This document shows positions 57,752-64,000 of a stretch of DNA of 64,000 nt, one piece after another. Location: the NCBI GenBank assembly GCA_963737265.1, contig CAVTRY010000006.1, positions 32,001 to 96,000 of the forward strand. The letters are read 5' to 3'. The notes beneath the pieces were generated by a model, which had not been told where the DNA came from, made no database searches, and was given only the letters and a program-made list of their open reading frames with translations. Both the position numbers and the translations under genes were made by a program. Each line of letters opens with the position of its first letter. The first letter of the stretch is position 1. Origin of the DNA: an uncultured delta proteobacterium. GTDB taxonomy: Bacteria > Myxococcota_A > Polyangia > Fen-1088.

Positions 57752-59215
57752 ATGGGCGACGGGGAGAAGAGCCGTCGGGCTCTCGACGCAACCATTCTCG
57801 TCAGCGGCGCGTCCGAGGACGGAGCCGCGGCCATCGCCGATGGGTTGGCGGGCACTCGTTTGCAGCACTTCGCGCTGGTGCGCCTGCTTGGCCGCGGCGG
57901 TATGGGCGCGGTCTACTACGGCACCGACCTGTCGCTGGATCGGCCGGTGGCCGTCAAGGTGCTAGCCATCGAAATCGCGGGCGATCCCGAGATCGTCACG
58001 CGCTTCGAGGTCGAGGCCCGCGCCCAGGCGCGCGTGCGCCACCCCAACATCGCGCAGATCTATTTCATCGGCGAGGATCGCGGGTTTCATTTCTTCGTCA
58101 TGGAATACCTGGAGGGGCCGGCGCTCGATGCCTTGCTCGCGCGACCTCGGCCCCTGCCGGTAACCGAGGCGCTCGACTACGCCCTCGCCGCGGCCCGTGG
58201 CCTGCGTGCGGCCCTGGCCCACGGCTTCGTCCACCGCGACGTCAAGCCTTCCAACCTCATGCTCGACCACGAAGCCGGGCTCAAGATTCTCGACTTCGGC
58301 CTGGTCAAGAGCATGCACGGCGATTCCCAGCTCACCCAGGCGGGCGCCATCATCGGCTCGCCGCTCTACATGTCGCCCGAGCAAGGGCGCGGCCTCATCG
58401 TCGATCACCGCTCCGACATCTATTCGCTCGGCTGCACGCTCTTCCACATGTTGGCCGGCCGCCCGCCCTTCAACGGGCCGTCTCCGGTCGGCATCATCAC
58501 CATGCACGTGACGGATCGCCCGCCGCCTTTGCGCGATCTCAATCCGGCGGTGCCGCACAACGTGGCTCGTATCGTCCTGCGCATGATGGCCAAGAAGCCA
58601 GAGGATCGCTACGGCGACTACGACGAGTTGATCGCCGCCCTCGATGCCGAACGCACGCCCCACCGCGAGCTGGGCGGCCTCGGCAGGCGCGGCATCGCGC
58701 TCGGCATCGACGCCGTCCTCCTGCTCGCGGCCGCGTTCTTCCTGCACTTGTGGGTCGTTCCGGTGGCCGTGGCCTACTTCATTCTGTGCCATCGCCTGCT
58801 CGGCCAGACACCCGGCAAATGGCTCCTCGGCATCCGCGTCGAGAGCAGCGCGGGTGGCCGTCTCGGCTGGAAGTCCGCCCTTATTCGCTTCCTCGCCTTC
58901 GCCTGGGGGCCGGTGGCGTGGACCCTGCTTGCCGTGCTCGTCTATACCCTGCACAGCAACGACCGCGTGGCCTTCCGGCTATCGCGCTTGACCTTGTCCG
59001 ATCTCGCCGTGCCCATCGTCTACATCGCCCTCGCTACCATCATCCTGGTCGGCTACCTGGCCGGCTTTCTCCTGGTCGCCTTTCATCCCAAGCGCCAGGC
59101 CTTGCACGACTTGCTCGCCCACACCCTGGTCTACTTCAAGTCCCGCGTGCCCGCCGGCGAGGTGGTCGAGGCGGTCAAGTCCACCGCCAGCGCCGCGTTG
59201 TCGAGGCATCGCTAA
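57752..59215 (+). CDS. Ser/Thr protein kinase with C-terminal RDD domain
   Basis: [32 protein letters not shown]; RDD motifs [29 protein letters not shown]. Confidence 0.92.
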   Translation: MGDGEKSRRALDATILVSGASEDGAAAIADGLAGTRLQHFALVRLLGRGGMGAVYYGTDLSLDRPVAVKVLAIEIAGDPEIVTRFEVEARAQARVRHPNIAQIYFIGEDRGFHFFVMEYLEGPALDALLARPRPLPVTEALDYALAAARGLRAALAHGFVHRDVKPSNLMLDHEAGLKILDFGLVKSMHGDSQLTQAGAIIGSPLYMSPEQGRGLIVDHRSDIYSLGCTLFHMLAGRPPFNGPSPVGIITMHVTDRPPPLRDLNPAVPHNVARIVLRMMAKKPEDRYGDYDELIAALDAERTPHRELGGLGRRGIALGIDAVLLLAAAFFLHLWVVPVAVAYFILCHRLLGQTPGKWLLGIRVESSAGGRLGWKSALIRFLAFAWGPVAWTLLAVLVYTLHSNDRVAFRLSRLTLSDLAVPIVYIALATIILVGYLAGFLLVAFHPKRQALHDLLAHTLVYFKSRVPAGEVVEAVKSTASAALSRHR

Positions 59216-59370
59216 CAGGCCCCCACCGACACCGAGTTACGAGCATCGGCGAATCCCGCAGCTTCGCCGATGCTCCGCCGAGCGATCGTGGAACATCCAA
59301 GTGACATAGGGCCTTCCGCCGAGATCGATCACGGATCGGCCAAGCAAGGGACACATGCCAGAGAAAAAAA

Positions 59371-59847
59371 ATGTACATCCGTCGTTCCGCGGTCCTCACA
59401 TTTGCCGCTTGTTTTGCGTGCTCAAGCAACCACAGTGCTGGGCAGGGGGACGCGGGTGGGACGGGAATCGCGATCCTCCTTGGCGATGCACTCTGTCTTG
59501 GCAGCTCGGCCGCGCCACCTGACGTGGACGCCGCTACCGTCGATCCTCTCTGCACAACGACGATGCCCACGGTCTCTTTCGCCAAAGACGTCGCGCCCAT
59601 CCTCGTCGGATGCACCGGCGAAATCTGCCACGCGTCCTGGACCTACAACACGCTCGTCGGACGAGAATCCACCGCCTGTTGCGACCACCGCTGGCTCATC
59701 CTGCCCGGTCAAGCTTCGTCGAGTCATGTGGTGCAAGCCTTGAATGGCATCGGCTGCGTCCCGCGAATGCCACTCGGGGGCGAGCTTCCGGAATCGAGTA
59801 TTGCGACCATCACCGCCTGGGTATGCCAGGGCGCGCTCGACAATTAA
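59371..59847 (+). CDS. Lipoprotein, cytochrome c-like with atypical CxxxxCH motif
   Basis: Lipobox FAC, VSF.KDV.PIL, CTGEICH, RMP.GG.L, I.AW..QGA. Confidence 0.65.
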   Translation: MYIRRSAVLTFAACFACSSNHSAGQGDAGGTGIAILLGDALCLGSSAAPPDVDAATVDPLCTTTMPTVSFAKDVAPILVGCTGEICHASWTYNTLVGRESTACCDHRWLILPGQASSSHVVQALNGIGCVPRMPLGGELPESSIATITAWVCQGALDN

Positions 59848-59853
59848 GCGGCG

Positions 59854-61689
59854 TTACTGCAGAGGCGCACAGGTTGAGACGCCCGCGCCGACGATGTAGC
59901 GACCATTCGTGTCGCCGACGGGAATGAGGACGGCCGGATTGTCGCGCGCCGCTTTATAGATCGACGTGTTGACGAAGATCCAGAAATAGCCGCCCCAGAA
60001 TTTCATGGCCCAATCGCCGTTCTCGGTGAGCGTCGGGTAAGTGTAGGTATCGAGGGTCGCTCCGCTGGTGGGATCTATTCGCAGCAGCGAGGCCAGGCCC
60101 GACGCACTGGCCCCCCCGGGGAAGAACCCCCACAAGCTACCGTCTCCCGTCCCGGACAGCTCGGGCGAGCCAGCCTTGATAGGGCCGACCGGTGTGACCA
60201 CCAGGGAAGGAAAAGACACGGTGGCGAGCTCGGACGGCATGGAGGAGGCGGAGACGCCGCCAGCGATGTACAGGGTGTCTAGGCCCGTCGACGGATCGAA
60301 CACGAAGCCCATGCCGAAGACATTCAAGCCATGTTGCCCGGGCAGAAACCCCGTCGCCTGGCACTGTCCGGTGCTGGTGTCCACCTTGAACAGATTGCCA
60401 TCGCTGTAGGCGACCCAGGCCACTGCATTCTGGTCCACGGCCATGGAGAAAGGCGAGTAGCCGGTCGGGCAGGCAAGCTTCTGGATGATGTCGGTGAAGG
60501 TCAAGGTTGTCGGATCGAAGCGCGAAAAAATGCCAAATTGATCCACGGTGTAGATCCACTGACTCGCTTCAACGCAGACCGTGTTGACGTTGGCCGACAG
60601 CGGGACCGACGCTTGCGGCGCCTTCGGGTCGCCGGTTTGCAAGACCAAGGTCCCGTTCTTTTGGTGCGGCGGCGTGCTGTCGGACGCGACGAACTGGACG
60701 GCGACAGTTTGGCTGAACCCGGGCGCGACGGTGAAGGCGACGGCCTGCCCGGCGCCAAGCGTGAAGCCAGGATCGCTGCCGGGATCGATCCCGACGCCCG
60801 AGACCTGGCAGGCATCGGTGCCGGTGTTGGCGAGCGTGACGCTGGCGCTGGCGGTGTTGTTCAGGATGACGTTGCCGAAGCTCACGCTGGCCGGCGAAAT
60901 CGTTAGGATGCAGCCGGTGTCGACGTCGGCCGACAGCGGGATGGCGACGGACGCCTGCTTCGTGTCCGTGGTGGCGAAGACAAGCTGGCCGGTGCGATGG
61001 TGGGGCGCCGCTGAAGCTATGGCGTCGAAGGCAATTGGAATCACTTCCACGGCAAGCGGAGCCAGCGTGAATTTATTCGCCTGCCCCGCGCCGATCGAGA
61101 ATTCCGAATCGCTGCCCGGTGCGAGGGCGAGGCCCGCAACCTCGCACGAGCCGCTGCCGACGTTGGTAACTACGACCGAGCCGGTGGCGGTATCACCCAG
61201 CTGGACTTGCCCGAAGTCGTAGGAGGACGGGTAGATCGAAAGCGTGCAGCTTGTCTGGATGGTCGCGCTGAGCGGAACTTGGACGGTGCCTTGGTTCGGA
61301 TCGTCAGTCTGGAAAATCAGGGCTCCCGTGCGCTGGAGCGGCACCGACGCGCTGGCCGGGCTGAACGTCACGGTCAGCGTAGCGGAGTCGCCCGAAGGAA
61401 TGACTAAGGTCGGCGTCTGCGCGGCGGCAGCGAAGCCGGGGTCGGAATTGGGTCCAAGAACCACGCCGGAGATGTGGCAATCCCCGCCGCCGTGGTTGGC
61501 CACGCTAACACTCCTCGTCGCCGAGCTGCCCGGAGCAACTGCGCCGAAGTCGAGCGCCGAGGGTGCCACCTCGATCAAACACATTGGGGGCAGCAGCGGC
61601 GTCCGGTAGCATGCGAACAAGAAAAGTGGTGCGCACAGGATCCACGGAAACGGAATCTTGTGCGTCACGGTCGCGTTCGCGCATTTCAT
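59854..61689 (-). CDS. Lipoprotein with three Ig-like ASH (choice-of-anchor D) domains and a C-terminal propeller-like domain
   Basis: Lipobox LFAC; three P.S..FG.V..V.N.G...C..SD..F..G.L...T.D..VPLSA repeats; PFSMAVD, ELSGTGDG.LWGFF, IVGAGVSTCAP. Confidence 0.8.
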   Translation of the reverse strand: MKCANATVTHKIPFPWILCAPLFLFACYRTPLLPPMCLIEVAPSALDFGAVAPGSSATRSVSVANHGGGDCHISGVVLGPNSDPGFAAAAQTPTLVIPSGDSATLTVTFSPASASVPLQRTGALIFQTDDPNQGTVQVPLSATIQTSCTLSIYPSSYDFGQVQLGDTATGSVVVTNVGSGSCEVAGLALAPGSDSEFSIGAGQANKFTLAPLAVEVIPIAFDAIASAAPHHRTGQLVFATTDTKQASVAIPLSADVDTGCILTISPASVSFGNVILNNTASASVTLANTGTDACQVSGVGIDPGSDPGFTLGAGQAVAFTVAPGFSQTVAVQFVASDSTPPHQKNGTLVLQTGDPKAPQASVPLSANVNTVCVEASQWIYTVDQFGIFSRFDPTTLTFTDIIQKLACPTGYSPFSMAVDQNAVAWVAYSDGNLFKVDTSTGQCQATGFLPGQHGLNVFGMGFVFDPSTGLDTLYIAGGVSASSMPSELATVSFPSLVVTPVGPIKAGSPELSGTGDGSLWGFFPGGASASGLASLLRIDPTSGATLDTYTYPTLTENGDWAMKFWGGYFWIFVNTSIYKAARDNPAVLIPVGDTNGRYIVGAGVSTCAPLQ

Positions 61690-61890
61690 GATCCTGGACT
61701 CCTGTTATGACCCGGCGGAGGATGCCTCCGACGAGGCGGACAAGCCCGAACGGTCGTCAGCATACCGCAGGCGCACTGGGAAATCGATGGCGGCGCAGCG
61801 CCAGTCGGCGGACGGACAGGAAATGTTACTATCCAAAACATGGCAACACGGATCAATGTCACCGCAACCTGCATCCTCGCGATCTAGACG

Positions 61891-62355
61891 ATGCCGCTGC
61901 CGACCGTACCCTCCATTCCGCCGCATCCTGAAGCCTCGCAGGCCAAGCTCGACGCCCTTCGCGACAGGCTGCACCGTCGCTGTGTTATCACCGGGCCCGA
62001 CAATCCGGTGGGGCTCAAGCTCAAGTTCAAGGTGCTGGAAGACGGCTCGGTGCGGGCCATGTTTCCCTGCGGTCCTCATCTCGAAAGCTATCCCAACACC
62101 GTGCATGGCGGAATCATCGCGGCGGTGCTCGACTCGGCCATGGTGAACGCACTGTTCGCCGTCGGCATTGTCGCCGTCACCGCCAGCCTCGATTTGCGCT
62201 ACAAGGCCCCCACCGTGCCCGACCGCTTCGCCACCGTCCACGCCTGGATCGAAAATGACGACGCCCGTCCGCTGTACCGAATGCGTGCCGAACTTTCCCA
62301 GGACGGAACCCCGCGTGTGCAGGCCAGCGCGAATTTTCTCGTGAACGAAAGCTAG
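61891..62355 (+). CDS. PaaI family thioesterase
   Basis: C...GPDNPVGLKL.F, VHGGIIAAVLD.AM, VTASL.LRY..P. Confidence 0.9.
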   Translation: MPLPTVPSIPPHPEASQAKLDALRDRLHRRCVITGPDNPVGLKLKFKVLEDGSVRAMFPCGPHLESYPNTVHGGIIAAVLDSAMVNALFAVGIVAVTASLDLRYKAPTVPDRFATVHAWIENDDARPLYRMRAELSQDGTPRVQASANFLVNES

Positions 62356-62402
62356 CTAGCTCCTTCCACCCAGCCCGAGCTTCCGTGGCAAACTGGCGTC
62401 CG

Positions 62403-63263
62403 ATGCCCGCTGCACAGCCGTTCTTGAAGCTCCTCGGCCGCTTTGCCACGATGGAGATCCGACGCTTCGGCAGCCCGGGCGCGTTTCTTGTCGAGAAGGA
62501 GGCCGGCGCCGAGGCCACCACGCTGCTGCTCCTCGGCGCGGAGATCCCCGCAGGCGCGATCGAGGGCGACGAGATTTCCGTCTTCGTCATGCTCGATTCC
62601 GAGGGTCGCCCGCTGGCCACGACCAGGATCCCCAAGCTAGAGTTGGGCGAGGTCGCCTTTCTGACGGTCACCGCATGCACGGAGTTCGGTGCGTTCGTGG
62701 ACTGGGGCCTGCCCAAGGAATTGCTAGTGCCGTTCGCGGAGCAGACCACGAAGCTGCGCGTGGCTGAACGGCAGCCGATTGGTCTTTACATCGACAACAG
62801 CGGCCGCCTGGCTGGCACCATGCGGGTGAGCGAGCTTCTCAGCACGACGAGCGGCACCTTCGTGCGCGGTGAACGGGTCGAGGGCGAGGCTTGGCGCGAC
62901 GACCCTGAGATTGGCCTATTCGTAATTGTTGAGCGGCGCTTTGTCGGGCTCGTTCCCAAGCACGAGCCGCACGCCCTGGCGCGCGGCGAGGCGGCGCGGT
63001 TTCGCGTGGCACACGTGCACCCGGACGGCAAGATCGAGCTCTCGCTGCGCGGGCACGCGCATGAAGAGCTGGAACGCGACGCACAAAAGATCCTGCTCCT
63101 GCTCAAGCGCCCGGGCGCGCCCAAGCTCGGCGATCGTTCGGATCCCGAGCAGATCCGCGCGCTCTTTGGCCTGAGCAAAAAGGCGTTCAAGCGCGCAGTG
63201 GGAAGACTGCTCAAGGAGCGGATGGTGGACATCGACGACCAAGGCTACGTGCGCGTCTTGTAA
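62403..63263 (+). CDS. CvfB-like S1 RNA-binding protein
   Basis: VFV.LDSE.R..AT, GAFVDWGLPKELLVPF.EQ, DGKI.LSL, FGLSKKAFKRAVG.L.K. Confidence 0.9.
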   Translation: MPAAQPFLKLLGRFATMEIRRFGSPGAFLVEKEAGAEATTLLLLGAEIPAGAIEGDEISVFVMLDSEGRPLATTRIPKLELGEVAFLTVTACTEFGAFVDWGLPKELLVPFAEQTTKLRVAERQPIGLYIDNSGRLAGTMRVSELLSTTSGTFVRGERVEGEAWRDDPEIGLFVIVERRFVGLVPKHEPHALARGEAARFRVAHVHPDGKIELSLRGHAHEELERDAQKILLLLKRPGAPKLGDRSDPEQIRALFGLSKKAFKRAVGRLLKERMVDIDDQGYVRVL

Positions 63264-63450
63264 GACCGCAATCATGCACACAGGGGATCGACGTTGGAAT
63301 CGCCGCGCCCACTGACATCGCCACGGTGCTAACAGTGAACACGGCCAACTGCACGCAATAGCCATCCCACGCGGACGCCGTCGATCGTCCGCGAAAACCC
63401 CGCGGGCAATCGCCGCCAGCCTCCTTGGCGGCGGATTGCCCGCGCTTGCC

Positions 63451-64000
63451 TTAGCCGCCAGTGCGGGTGGCGGCCAGCATGAGGACTTGCATGGCCAGGG
63501 CTTTGTCGCCGTCGACGCGCAGGCGACCGGCCAGCAGGGCCTGCAACGGGTTCACGGCGCGCGCGGCGAGCTTTTCGCACGTTCCAGCGTCGACGATGAC
63601 CGTGGTGCGCGGCCGGCCGGCCATCATGCCGGAACGGCCGAAGGCGATGTCCACGCACCAGCGCCGCCGGCGCTTGCCTTCGAGCTCGAACTTGATGCGG
63701 CCTTCGAGTCTTTGCAGCAGCTCCATTTCCTGCGCTTCCGCGCACAGCAGATCGACCATGTCGACCGAGGCGGGCAACAGTTCGAACAAGTCGTCACTGG
63801 GGAAAATCACGGCGAGGAAGTCGGCGGCGGGCTGGCGGACCCAGATGTCGGGATCCTCGCGCCGGACGCCGATGGTCGCTTGGCATCGATTCACAAACAA
63901 GGCGCCATCGGAGACCCGCAAGTCCCATTCGCCGCCCTCCGGCCCCGAAAGGGAAAGGCGCACATAGGGCGAGGAGCCTTGGCAGGTCTTGACCGCGTCC
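63451..64000 (-). CDS. SCP2 sterol-binding domain protein, 5'-partial
   Basis: C-terminal NPLQALLAGRLRVDGD.ALAMQ; frame open to the window end. Confidence 0.75.
   Translation of the reverse strand, partial: DAVKTCQGSSPYVRLSLSGPEGGEWDLRVSDGALFVNRCQATIGVRREDPDIWVRQPAADFLAVIFPSDDLFELLPASVDMVDLLCAEAQEMELLQRLEGRIKFELEGKRRRRWCVDIAFGRSGMMAGRPRTTVIVDAGTCEKLAARAVNPLQALLAGRLRVDGDKALAMQVLMLAATRTGG

Overview
GC-rich bacterial chromosome segment. Gene content (Ser/Thr kinases, Cys/Gly-rich lipoproteins, a divergent EF-G) suggests Myxococcota; this is an inference. It is mostly housekeeping and accessory genes: a sufBCDSUT Fe-S operon, xth, a divergent folE, a stand-alone fusA paralog, lhr-mutY, a Prc/Tsp protease, sodC, bioA, two GH8 glycoside hydrolases (one frameshifted), an orphan Tae4/Tai4 pair and several signalling proteins. 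No rRNA, tRNA or CRISPR array was seen. The main unannotated structures are two small transposase-less mobile elements read directly from the DNA. (1) A 579-bp cassette (39426-40004) with 23-bp terminal inverted repeats, a 9-bp target duplication and a second inner inverted repeat; its only cargo is a GxxExxY nuclease gene and it splits a membrane-protein gene. (2) A 159-bp MITE that duplicates TCA/TGA: one copy lies in frame inside a gene, one sits exactly on a TGA stop codon, and a third is a decayed remnant. Also notable are a restriction-endonuclease-like/class III cyclase fusion with atypical specificity residues, and a tandemly duplicated, translationally coupled pair of an unknown 4-Cys membrane-anchored protein and a PMT-type glycosyltransferase. 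All family calls come from motif recognition by eye, not database searches.
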